From assembly GCA_000165425.1 (NCBI GenBank), contig CT868307.1:1-64000 (forward strand): a DNA stretch of 64,000 nt, written 5' to 3'. Origin of the DNA: Paramecium tetraurelia (lineage: Eukaryota). This document shows, in pieces, positions 51,483 through 64,000 of the stretch (position 1 is its first letter; every line of letters begins with the position of its first letter). The notes beneath the pieces were generated by a model, which worked only from the letters and a program-made list of their open reading frames with translations, was not told the origin of the DNA and searched no databases. The position numbers and the translations under genes were made by a program.

Positions 51483-51607
51483 TATTTGATATTAAATTTT
51501 ATATTATAAAATAATGTCCCGAAGCCTATAATTCTTTATTCTTTTAAATCAGAATAACGACAGATTAATTTCAATGAATATTTTATATATCCATTTTTAT
51601 CCCTCCA

Positions 51608-54600
51608 ATGTCACCGCTCACTATTACCACACTCATCTTATTCAAACTGCTTTAAGTTGTCCATCTTAAACTCATTAACAATACTTATTTCATCTTTGAA
51701 AATGAATACATCCAAACATCTTTTCCAGTTTTATCCATCCCCTTAGATTTTGACATTTCCAATCAATCTCAAACATAATCATTAATCCAAGAATACAACC
51801 TCACAGAGGAGTACAAATACCCAATTGCACCAAAAGCAAAATTGTTTTCATTTAAAAAATCTAATAATGAAGATATAGATATTGTTTAATTAGAAGATCA
51901 AAAGCTAACTTTGCTATACTAAATTAAGAACTATCAATCAAATAATTAGTTGCTAATTCGTTCCGGCAATTACTCCATTTCATTAACTCAACGAAATTGT
52001 TTCTCCTTGCACTACCTATAAGAGGAGTCTTACCTGTTAGCATGCAAACTACCAGAACACAAGATTGAAATACAAATACTTAATTTGAATCAGCAATCTA
52101 GCGAAGAAGGCTTTACAAATAAAACCCTGAATATTTTAGACTACAATCCCCTTTGTGAATTAGAATCCAATCTAGCATATTCATTGCTTGTGATATTTGA
52201 GAAAAATTGCTCCTATTCAAAATTGGAAACTATTTTCATCGATGCAATTAATTAGAAAATCATCAATTAAACTAAATTTGTGATGGATGAATACAACAAG
52301 TCTAACGAATTCATTACTAAGATTCAAATTTGCTCTACAACTACTTTAATGATTTACACAAATAATGAAATTCTAAAACTAGACCTTGAATAGTAAGATT
52401 TTTCAAATTTTCTATTTTTTAATCAAGAATAATATTTTAATGCCAAATAATGTACAGATATGTCAATAGTTGAAGTTAGAGATAATTAATTGAAATTTAA
52501 TTAATTTTCTTTAAATGTAAGTATTGAAGGCTTCATTCAAGGTTTTCGTTTAAATATAATATTTATTTTGCAAAAGAAGGATCATGTAATAGTTTATTAT
52601 AGTTATAATTTGCAGTTAATTATAAGAAAATCTTTTTAGTAGCTTTTTAGTCTATCAAACTTACCCTATATCTTAGGAGTCACAGAAAAAGGTGAGCATC
52701 TTATATATAGAATTAAGAACCCTAGATTCAGTTTTACATATAAAAATTCAAGTAAAATTCAGATTTTGGAGTATGAAAAATAACCCAAATTTCAAAAATT
52801 ATTGCTTGATTAAATAATTTCGGATGTTGAGATCTTATCTGAAAGTTCGCCATAATTTCTAATTTAAAATAACACCTAATTCTTTGGGTCATTCGAAGGA
52901 TCTAGATTTAAGATTCACTAAAATTAGATATAAAAATCTCTTCCTTTTAAGATAAAATAATTATATATAAATGATACACTGATAAATTTTAAGGAAGAAA
53001 CAAAATTATTAGGTTGCAATATCGATATTCGTAATCTAAAACAAATTTCTATTCTTAGTTTAGAAGATGATTCATTTCTGATTCTGTTTATTTAGAATGA
53101 TGCAACTCAAATAGTAATAGCAAGATGTACTGAAAACAAGTTGTAAAATATTAAGACAATAAAAATCTAAGAAGGTTTTATATAAATAATGAATTTTAAT
53201 TTACCCCGCGTTTGTATTGTTCAAGAAAATTCATTAAAGATCTATCAATTCGAAAATTAGTAATTGCTTGAAAGATCTTATGCCTTCAATCTTAATATAA
53301 TTGCTGCCTATAATATGAATAACACAAATATTTTGGGTCTTGTATTCGAAGATTGTAATCAAAGAACCTATTTTATTGATAATCATAATTTATAAATCCA
53401 TCAAATCATTTCATAATAGTTAGAATGTAATGGCAATAAATAAAAATTAACTCCATTGTTCTTTATTGATGAACATAAGATATTTTTTAAGAACTAAGTA
53501 TCTTATTAAGAATAAATAATCCTAAAAGAAACAATTATTAAAGCTGAAGTTATGCTACAACATCGAAAAATTCTTATCTTTACACAATATCAATAGAAGC
53601 TAAAAATAAAGTTTTACAGTTTTATCTCCTTTGAATTATAATTATTATATGATTGTCCTTTGTATAATTTTAATCTGAAGGTCCCATTAAACTATAAGCT
53701 TCAAAGCCCCTTTCTATTAGTATTAGCAGAAAATTCCTAACAAAATTCTGTTTTATTAATTTATAATCTCAACAATTAAGCAATTAATTCCCTAATTTAA
53801 ATTATTGAAATAGATTAAGAACACTTCCATTTTGATTTCATCTTTGGGACTCTGAAGTCTTTTTATTACTATTATCAAAATGACATTTAAATAAGAGATT
53901 TCGAAACTTATACATTATTTTTAGAAAATTAGATTCCATAAACATCTGTGTTCAAAGTATTACATTTTAGTTTCGCTTTTTAAACTCCAATCCTTAATGA
54001 AATAATCAATTGGAATTTTACAGAAAAATCTATCAATAATGATTACACTATCATGCTGATTTAGAATGATACTCTAAGTTTGAACTCAAACAATATTTTG
54101 GATATGTCAAATATATTTAGTAATATTATTTCAATTGAAGTCATCCAACAAAATTATTAATTAATTCGGCCTTTAAGATTTACTCATGAAAAAATGACTT
54201 GCAAATTTTATTAGAATAAATGTTGTCTTAATGATCATAATCTTGAATGTTTACAAAATAATTAAAGACTTTTCTATGTGTTTCATTACGTCTTCTAATT
54301 TGTCCATACAATTTATTTTAATGATAATAATTCTGAATGCATTATTATTAGCACATATTAAGAAAACCTGTAAATGATTATCATATCATTCCAAAATTAT
54401 TCCTCATCTATTAAACCTCAAATATTTCAATATGAGATAATAACAGATCCTGTCTTACATAAGGGAACCGATTTATAGATTATTTTTGCAGATAGAGATC
54501 ATGTGATTTTTTTGCCAGACAAAATCAATAAGATTTTTGTTTACTTAAAATTGTAACCAGCTTAATAATTATTTTTTAATTACTCAAATCAAAAGAATAC

Positions 54601-55453
54601 ATTACTTTACGGTAGTAGAATCAAAGATGATGATTATGTCTTTTTATACTAAAGTTAAGATGATATATTTTATTCGATAGTTACCATTAGTATCAACAAA
54701 AAAAATGAACAGTAAAAAATATTTATTAAGAATCAAATGCAAGATTAAATATGCATTTCTAATAATGAATTCATAGAGCCCCTTATAGGATTCAAAAAGA
54801 TCTTTCCAAACAATTTTCAAAAGATTTAGATTATTGAACTTACATTAGTGGATGATGTTCTAGTTATCGAACTACTTATGCTATTTGAGATATAAATTGG
54901 CTTTGTTATTCAATTAAGAATTGATATAATAAAATATGGAAAGTGTGAGATAAATATTCTATAGACCTTAAGGTATCCACATAACTCCCTGTTGAGTCGA
55001 CCATTTTATGTTAATAAAGATTACATAATAATTTCAACTTGCAGAATTAATATTGAAAGTTTAATTCTTTATGATAGATTCTAAGGCTAAAACATATCGC
55101 TGATTCATTCAATTGATGTGTTTCCGCAGAATGATTACTTAAAGATAGGTAAAATAAATTATTATAAAATAGAAAAAATTAACAACAGCCATGTCGCTCT
55201 TGTTGCAATTCCTAATATCTTTTAAGAAGTTTAAATTATAGCGCTTTCATAATATAAGTTAGAATGCCTAAATAATTGTAACTCAACAGCCACTTTAATA
55301 TTAAAGAATGAAGTATCAAAATTAACTATTACTGTTCAAAATATTAATAATGAAATTCCTCTCTAATATAATATAAGATTAATTACTTTAATAACTAACT
55401 TGCTAACAATATAATTATTTTTATAACTTAGAAACAAAAAAAACAAAAAATGA
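51608..55453 (+). CDS. Large single-pass (type I-like) membrane protein, ~1281 aa, ciliate-type family
   Basis: ATG and TGA are in frame (3846 nt). Signal-like N-terminus, beta-strand-rich body, LYDCPLYNF motif, NEVS followed by a hydrophobic segment and basic tail RNKKNKK. Confidence 0.75.
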
Positions 55454-55997
55454 ATTGGATGACATGAAGTTTAGAAAATGATTATATATAATTATAGTAT
55501 TTTTTGAGACTAATTCTTGCCTTCTCCTGTAGGGACTAAAAAATAATTACTATATCACATCAAAATTGTAATAAAGCATTAATGAAAGTGTAAGGGAATA
55601 ATCTCAAATAATAGTTTATAATGTAAGTATATTTTTTTTAATTACAATTCTCAATATCTTATTTATATAATTTGAAAAGCCAGTAATCATTCTTTAGAAT
55701 CTGAAAATTAAAATCTGTTTACACAAGGAAAATTAAATTTTGGTCAATAAATCAAAGACGTAATATTAGTTTTTCAACTAAATTTTATCTTTTATTATTG
55801 ATATGTAATCATTATTTTATTCTTTATTTATGATGTTAACAATATAATAATAAATACAATTATTCTTAGAAACTTGTTAAACTAATTTTTATTTAAAATT
55901 TTATATTTCTGATTGAATCTGTTGATACACAACATCAATCAAAACCATTTGTAAATTGTATAAATATCTTTTTAATTTATAATATAATCAGTAAATT

Positions 55998-56258
55998 TCA
56001 GCATAAGCCTCTTACAAAAACTTCAATGCAAAAAGCTACTAAGCAATCCCCAATACATTAAAATATGAGCCCATTCCAAAAGCCTGGCTAGGGTTTTTGT
56101 TTTTCTTCATTGATTTAAGGTTAATCAAGAATTTTATAATGTTATTCTTCTTCTTTTTATGTTTCTTCTTCAATTGATGGTTTTAATTCCCAATATTTAT
56201 CATCGTTTATTGGGTTGTGTAATAATTGCTCTGAGATATCTTAAACTTATTCAGTCAT
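55998..56258 (-). CDS. 86-aa peptide with acidic N-terminus and Cys-rich hydrophobic tail (CYSTM-like)
   Basis: MTEQVQDISEQ...EEKQKPQPGFWNGLIFQCIGDCLVAFCIEVFVRGLC*. Confidence 0.6.
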
Positions 56259-56386
56259 TAAATTAATGAATATTCATTAGTTTGAACTTTGATTTATATT
56301 AAGAAAAATGTAGAAATTTATGTGTTGTACAATTAATAATTAAAATTAATGTGTAAAATATAAGGTGATATAAATTGTAAAATTCT

Positions 56387-59300
56387 TCATATTCTTCTGT
56401 TTTTGATAATATTCTAATATTTATTACAGATAAGCAAAATTAGTAGGAAATTCCCCATCAATAAATAAATGGTTGTTTGAGATTCATTTTAGATTATATG
56501 AGTCAGAAATACTGGAGATATAAGGCTGGATACATCATTATGTAAAACCAATTCACAATTGTTTTCCAAATGTACTTGATAATTATGAATTTAAATAAGT
56601 TATGCAGTTTTACTATTTTCATTATTTTTGATTAAAACGAAATGTGTTTCATTATAGTAATCGATATCTGAAAATTCTTCATCTTTATAATAATAATCAA
56701 TAATTTAAATTGGTGAACTGATATTGATTTTATAGAAATAAGCAGATAAAATTGAATTTTCTTATTTTCCTTTCAAAATGAAATTAGTATCATTTATTTT
56801 TATGAAATTTTGGTAATTAACATTTAGATATCTGATAATTTATGATCTCATTAAGGATTTGATAATTTTAGACTCCTTTAAATCAAAACTAAATTCGAAA
56901 GTGTACGCTATATCTTTTGGGTTAAAGAGTATAAGTATCAAATGAATCTGTTAGTTTTCATAAGTGGAATTCAAAATATAAAAAGACACTATTTGATGAT
57001 TAAATCCAAATTTTTTTTATTCTGCATTTTCATTTTCTGACCTAGGGCAGTATTCAAACTTAAGCAAAGAGTCTAAAGTTAAGATTAGGAAAATGAATGA
57101 AGAGTCAACCTTATATAGAAGTTCAGTTTATTACACTGCTTAATAATCAGTGTTACATAATAAATTCATTTGATGATTTTCTGATTCCCTATTTATCAAG
57201 TATATAGAATAAAAATTAACAGTTTCTAAAGTTACAAAGTTATTTACTATATTTATTACCATTTCATTGGGGTTAAAATGATTTGAATCCAAATGTATAT
57301 ATTCAAATTTATTATTGATATCTTTTTGAATTAATTTATTTCCTGAAGCGCTAAAAAGATGAATTTATTAATCAATACTATTATAGACAATGAGTAAGTT
57401 ATCGCTAAATTTTATGATTTTATTTAAGGCTTCAACTCCATTTAGGAATTTTAAGGTTTAATTTTAAGAAATGTAATCGACAATTATCATAGAATTAGAT
57501 ACCAGACAAAATTGTTGATAAATGTCTATGCAATGATCTAGTTCGACCCTTTTTATCAGTTAGATTGGACTACTTAGAAATCCCTTACAGTTGCTGCCCA
57601 AATGTAAGTTGTTAACACTACCATAAATAGAATCCAAATTTGTTATTTCATATTAATTATTAACTTTCAAGATCTATTGTTAAGCATCAATTTTAAATCT
57701 AAGTGAATTCTCTGAATTAATTAGATTCAAGTGGATACTAAAATTAGATGGGATAGAATATATAAAGGAGTTAGCCTGAAATTGAACATCAAAGTTTATC
57801 GTAGAATAATCAGTCTTTTTTGTTTATTTTAATTTGATGCTATAATATGGATAATTTATAATTATTTGGTCTGGCAGAATTTAACTTGTAATTCCTGTGC
57901 CATCAATCAAATTGAAATTTTCGTAATAATCATACATTTTGGTAATTGATTATAAGCAAGACTTTGCTTATTAAGTGATATCATATGTAAATAAATATTC
58001 TTTCTCGTCCTTTTGAGTTATTATGCTAAATAATTTGTATAAAAATTTGATTTCAATTGGAAAAATGATGGTAAATTAATATAGTGGCATTTGATATAGA
58101 TGCAGAATTTCATTTGTGCAGAAGTAATAGAGCTCCAATGATATCAAATTGTCTTTTTGTAAGATTAACAATATTCTTTGATATGGTACAAATATGTGCG
58201 AAAGAAGTATTTACCCATTTGCTTTTATTAGGACAAAATGCTAATAAGGTTTTAATGGCATGATTTTAATAGTGCAAGTTTTATGATCAATGTATAATAA
58301 TGGAATTCTGAAATCATTATATTTGTTCTATTGTTACTTCAAAAATTCTTGTAAATGCATGGTTGTCTCTGAAAAGTACTTATACCAATTTTAATATTGA
58401 TAAGCATAGACAGTATAATCATCAAGAAGACAAATAAGTTTCTTTTGATCAACTTTACATTCTTATATATCAAGTTAAGACCTAGAAGTATCTAACAGTA
58501 CTATATCATTCTTAGCAACAATTTAAAATTACATGATTTAATGCTTACATATAATAAATATAGTAATTTGATCAATAATTTCGTATATAAATTCAACTTA
58601 TACATCAGAATTTTTACTCATTATTAATTTGTTCTATTCGATTTCATTGTTTTTTAAATGAACATAAATTTTACCAAACTTATCTTCGTAAATTATAGCA
58701 ATAAAGTTAATTTCAAGCGAAATAATTTTCAAAATCTTCTTGATTGGTAAATCTTTGTGATGAGTGTATATTGTGTAATTTCTAAAGTCTTAAAACACAT
58801 CCTCCTAATTAGATTCTAAATCTAAATAGAGAGGTATTGACTTAGAAAGCTTAATATAATTAATAATTAAAGTATTCCTACTTATTTTGTCGTTTGTAAT
58901 ATATAAATCTCCAATCAATTCAATTTTCATCGGATAAATTATAGAATATTAGTTAATTGAATAGTATGAGAAGAGTTTAATGCTTGAGTGTCTTAATGAT
59001 GTTTTATACGATAATCCAAAAAAAGGTAAACCTTAGTATTTGATACCCTTGGTTAAGAACAAAACTCTATAAAATTAAATCTTATTGTTTTAATCCAGTG
59101 TCATAAGGAAAGGCAAGGTATTTAATTTACATATTTGTTTTATGTTTAGAATTTTTTCTCCAAAAATGGTTTCAAAAGAAACTTCTGCCCAACCCTCGTA
59201 CAAAAAAATAAAGTTTCTCTCAGCCTAGTAAATGCATTTAATTTAAGATTCTAAATTAATCTTTGAATTGAGAAAAGGATATAATTAGATTTCACTGCTC

Positions 59301-60190
59301 GATAAATGCAGTTATCCATTCATTTTATAAGGAAAGCAAGAATCTTAAATATATAGAAACCATGGTTGATATGAACTCTCTATTATATTTAAACTCTGAT
59401 TCTCTAAATTATAGGTACATATGAAAGTGCTAAAAATCAAAATAATCTAATCCTACTCGCATAGTTTAATGTCAATCAACATACTATGGGTTGGAAAGGT
59501 TTCTTATTCATGCACATTTGTGAAATTCTTATTGAATTACAATCTCCCTTCTAATTGATCTATTTCAATAATCAAAAATATAGATACTGAACAATTCAAA
59601 GAGTTTATTAATAATTTATTGGATTTAAATTTAGAATCTAAGTTGCAACTAAGAGGTTAATTAACTGTGATTTAATCCTATATTTCACTTTACTGGTTTA
59701 AAAGAATATACTCAATTTAGTTATTGGGATTCAGACAATTGATAAGGAAAGCTTCATCTTCAATATAGAAGGCATTATAACATGAATTAGATGGGAGAGA
59801 TATGTAGCTTGAATTTATTTAATTTACTATTAAACCTTCATTGTATAAGGTATTATTTATTCTTATTCTACAATCTATTGATGAATGTTATAAGAAACAG
59901 ATGTCAATGTACTTTCCTTAGTGACTAAAAAATTTAAATGTCTTTGCATTGTCATCCAAGCCTAAATCAAACTCCTAGTATTTTTCTATTAACTTTTAAG
60001 AGGAGTAATTAAAAAATTTTTGTTTTAAATCTTCATCGTTCTCAAAATGGATGCCCAACATATTTTCTTCAATATAATGCCTTTCGTTTTCCAAAAAATA
60101 TAAGTATTGTTCGTCTGAAAATTGTACTTTTGCGACTTCTTAGCAGATGAAACAAAACCAGACGCTTATAAACAAACAAATAAAATTCAT
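56387..60190 (-). CDS. Large single-pass membrane protein, ~1267 aa, paralog of 51608-55453
   Basis: ATG and TGA are in frame (3804 nt). Signal MNFICLFISVWFCFI; YLYFLENE, LYQMPLYQF and LVLHNDVS motifs shared with the neighbour; C-terminal TM followed by KNRRI. Confidence 0.78.
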
Positions 60191-60587
60191 ATTGATTAAT
60201 TGGTATATTAATATTATGGTTTTTATTATGGTTAAATTTAAAGTTAATTCTGGTCGATTGTGAATCAATTCTGAAAGTATAATATAATTAGGGATAAACA
60301 TGAGATGTGATGTGTTAACTTTTCTATTTTTTTTTAAATCTTTTGATATAATTTATTAATATCAAAGGATTAATTAGTAGGAATTAGTGAACTATATATT
60401 ATTATTAATAAAATAGAAGAGTAAGAAGGAAATGGATTTACACTTCATACCCCCAATAAATAACAATAAATTATCGCAATTATGAAAAGGATAGTAGATT
60501 AATTTCTCTTCATTAATTTATAAGTGTGAGTCATTATTATAAAGAAATCAATTTAATTATAATTAATCTATATTTATGTACAACAAA

Positions 60588-61458
60588 ATGGTAAATTGTT
60601 GATGATTTTATTTAGTAGCAATTACTACTTATTCTCCTATTGATTGTAAATTCTACGTTTGAAAGCGAATGCAGTTGTGATCAACTAGGGGAGAAGGATT
60701 GTAAAATAGCAAAACAATGTAAATTCGACTAAAATTCATGTCAATTAAAAAGTTGTTAGGATTATTCGATATCTGAGTGCAACTATATTCCCAACTGTAA
60801 CTCAGAGAACAATGTATGTAAAGATCATTTTTGGTCTACCTGTGCAGATATACCATTAGAAGTTTGTGAATTTCGTGAAAATTGTGCAATAAATAATGAA
60901 AATTAGTGCAAAGAATTTACAAAGTGTGAAGATTATTAATTTAGTGGGAATGGGAATTGTAATTTGAAAAATGTAAATTGTTATAATGGATAAGATGGGC
61001 ATTGCAAAAAGAAAACATTGATTGGGAACTGTTCAGAAGTGCATGAGGATTGCGAGAAGTATTAAATGTTGGATACGAAATAATGTGTAGTATCAACTGA
61101 CAATAAATGTGTAAGTATACAAGTTACTCAATGTTCCAATATGAATGGAACACCTGCTTGTTCGTTTTATCAAGAATGCAATTGGGATATAACCACGAGT
61201 ATTTGTAGTGAAAAAAGATGCAGTGATTTGAGTTCACAAAATTGCAATGGTGCAATAAAGAATTTGAATGGAGATCAGATGGTTTGCTATTGGGATGGTG
61301 GAGTATGTCAGAAGATGAATTCGATTGAAGATTTATCTGAAACGAATTGCTACTAATCCACAAATGGGTAGCACACCTGGAGAGATGGGGAGTGCCAGGA
61401 GTGCAGCTCATTTGGGGGATTAGTGATACTGATAAATTATTTAATATATTTATTTTGA
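60588..61458 (+). CDS. Cys-rich mini-antigen-like surface protein
   Basis: ATG-only first exon plus a 25-nt intron; signal peptide; CSCDQL..KDC repeats; terminal NCYQST...HTW.DGECQEC and hydrophobic tail. Confidence 0.85.
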
Positions 61459-61489
61459 ACAGCTAATATTCGATCATGAACTACAAGTA

Positions 61490-62314
61490 TCAGATCATAA
61501 TAAGGAATAATGCTATGATGAAAACAAATAATGTTTGAGCATAGCAGGATAGACATTCTCCTCCAGCAGAAGTAGAGACCCATCTAGCAGTACCTAAGGT
61601 GGTGGCGTAACAGTTTCCTTATCCTAATCCTCCATAGTTTTGAGCCATCGAGCATTTTCCTGCAGTTGAGTCCCAACTACATAATTGATATTCACCTTTA
61701 GTGATGGTCTACATGACAAAAGTGCATGTTTGTTGAGTGGTGTAATCAGAACACAATAATTGGGAACAAACATTGTTTGAATATTTGCATCCATATTTGG
61801 CTGAATTACATTCTGCTAAATTTAAGGGAGCACACTCGCTTGCTAATGAGCACCCTGTGGCATCTCTCCACATGCAGATTCCATCATATGAAATATATCC
61901 CTCACAATATTGACTGGCAGTGAAGTGGGAACAAGAATGAAGTTGATTTGAAGAACCACACTTTGTGCCATCAGTGAATGGGCAATTGGCAGAAACTTAC
62001 AAGCATGCAACTTAGGTGGCTCCTGTCAATTGACTACAGAAGGTGAAGGTCTTGCATGAACTTCCACCTTAGGGGTCTGTGGTCCACATACATTTCAAGT
62101 TTGCAGCACATGCAGAAGCAACAGTTATCAAATTACATTCTTAAGTGGAACAGGAACTTCCATCCCATATGCATTACGGTCCCATTTTAGTACAATCACT
62201 CTCGTATGACAGTTAATCACATGTGCATGAATTTGTTGTATAGAATTATCCGACACTTTATCCACTGCTTCCCAAACATCCCACAAAGAATAAGGCGAAG
62301 ACGATTTTGATCAT
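61490..62314 (-). CDS. Cys-rich mini-antigen-like surface protein (274 aa)
   Basis: Intronless. MIKIVFALFFVGCLG signal; CTCDQL..ESDC...C.WDGSSC repeats; NCYATTLGTARW....GECLSC and hydrophobic tail. Confidence 0.88.
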
Positions 62315-62503
62315 TCGATTTAAATAAAATAATTTATGTTCTGCATTTAATCAGAGCTTCCCTTTAAACCCATAAAACTAGATAAGATACCTCAATTAAG
62401 AATCTTTGGAATCATCTAATCTCGACTATCCCCATAAATCAATGAAACTGTTTGATTGTTGTCCATAATACTAAAAATGAATATAGATATATATATTTTT
62501 ATA

Positions 62504-64000
62504 TCAATCGATTGAATATATTTTAATTAAACTGGAGTCTGTACTCAATTCTTGCAAGGCTTCTAATGCAGAAAAACTGATTAATTTGTCAGAAGGAGAT
62601 TCATCTATCACATTATACAAAGTAGTTGCAATAAATGACATTTGCTAAAAGAATCCCTAGAATTCCTCATCCTTTGGAACACTCAAATATTGATTAATGA
62701 TATATGAATGTTCCAATTACTACTTGAACGTCTTTTCATCATCTTTAAAATTTTATTATAATTGCAGCACTTCCTACTTACTCAAATCACTATTCGCTAT
62801 TATTATTTGGGAATCCTTGGGTTTCCTATCCAACACTGCCGCATAGATTTCTGTTGCCACTCTCTCCAACACATTCTCCTCATGCAAAGTGTCATCCAAT
62901 GCATGTATCAATTCCTCCAAACTCAATCTCTTGAAAAACCCCTCCAAAACAAATAGAACACTCTCTCTCATCCTTGTCTAATACTTCTTCTCTATGAAAT
63001 TGTCGTGATTCTTGAATTTCACCAGTATCCAAATTAAGGATCTCAAGTAATCCTTTGCATGTTCATTCTTCAGATATCTCACCAACTCCACACAATGCAT
63101 TTAAGCCTTTAAATTATCTAAGGATTATTCTATTCAAATACCTCCTTTAGTCAACACATCCAAAATACTCTATCTAATCTTTGCATTCTCCAATAACTCT
63201 TAGCAATTCCCCTACACTGCATTATGCAAACTTGTAGAAGCATTCCAACTAATCTTAGGATTCTTAGATGCCAAAGCATTTGCATAACAATTTATCAAAT
63301 CTTAATTTATTGTTGCCTACTGACATTTCATCAAATAATATCCCAATCCACGTAAACCATTTGTTGAAATCTTCTCCTTAGTATTCATTGCGAAATTCAA
63401 AAACAACTGATAAAACTCTTGATTCAAATTCACCAAACTGCTCAAATTAGCTGCTGCCCAACTACTTTTCTCCAAAACATGGACATTATTCCCCTGCAAT
63501 TTGTTAAACATCTAAGATAACTCTTGAACTGCCATTGGATTCTGCAAAACACTATTTGAACTGCATAAAGTCCCTATTGCCTTATAAAATGTGATTTTTA
63601 AACTCGACATGTTAAATGGAGTATCACTGAACAGTTATCCATGAATGTAACTAATTTGTTTGATCAGCTTCTCAATCACTTCTTAACTCTGCTTCTGCCA
63701 AAACTAATCCTGAAGATTACCTATGATGTTGAATCCTGCAGGAACCAATTCAACCGCATTTGACTATAAACATTCCAAAGCCACATCAATTAAGATCTCT
63801 TGATATCCTTGTTCAGCTACACAACTAATCTCCTCGAAGATCCTGTAATACTAAATGTTTGGCTGTTTGATTCTTTGCAATTCTTAACAATTTACTAATT
63901 CACAGAATTCCTTATGGAAATGCGACTAACACTTTTGCAATAACTAATAGCATTCTTAAATGAATAACTCATTATTATTATTGTTATTTTCATTCCTCTC
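62504..64000 (-). CDS. HEAT/ARM-repeat protein, HEATR6-like (5' part beyond window)
   Basis: Open minus frame with VLEKSSWAAANLS, KEKISTNGLRGLGY and KNPKISWNASTSL, resembling HEATR6 C-terminal repeats. Ends at TGA 62504. Confidence 0.7.

Noticed and set aside
1..64000. Retained IESs, transposons, CRISPR arrays, tRNA/rRNA, selenocysteine recoding
   Set aside because: Interruptions in intact genes are explained by GT-AG introns, apart from the indel noted in the SET gene. I saw no direct-repeat arrays, transposase motifs, cloverleafs or redox-motif TGA. A covariance-model search was not possible, so small ncRNAs could be missed.

Overview
AT-rich, gene-dense eukaryotic DNA that reads as a ciliate macronuclear chromosome segment, very likely Paramecium (inference). 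Conserved proteins translate only if TAA/TAG = Gln and TGA is the sole stop. Introns are tiny (about 20-30 nt, GT(A)...AG) and several intergenic spacers are only 11-65 nt. The supplied ORF track uses the standard code, so it fragments real genes and reports antisense shadows; I re-translated by hand with the ciliate code. About 31 protein genes are supported: TMBIM-like, Cache-domain membrane protein, PIG-O/G-type GPI EtNP transferase, SDR, ABHD17-like hydrolase, RJL GTPase, DMAP1/Swc4, an 880-aa amphipathic basic protein, two Myb proteins, mitochondrial EF-G2/RRF2, three Cys-rich mini-antigen-like proteins, stomatin, pecanex, SET/LSMT methyltransferase (frameshifted), RFT1, a divergent cyclin, an 8.4-kb Cys-rich/beta-helix/multi-TM surface protein, Nudix hydrolase, TM-START protein, Aurora kinase, AP-2 sigma, an ankyrin protein, two paralogous ~1270-aa single-pass proteins, a CYSTM-like peptide, a HEATR6-like gene cut by the window end, and a few hypothetical proteins. 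Several eroded pseudogene-like tracts are also present. I saw no rRNA, tRNA, CRISPR, transposon, telomere or clearly retained IES. I cannot support a wholly new multi-gene system. The most intriguing items are an 11-bp head-to-head gene pair, two apparent +1 frameshift sites, a degenerate cyclin with stop-less 3n introns, and several uncharacterised protein architectures. Coordinates come from manual reading and may be off by a few bases.
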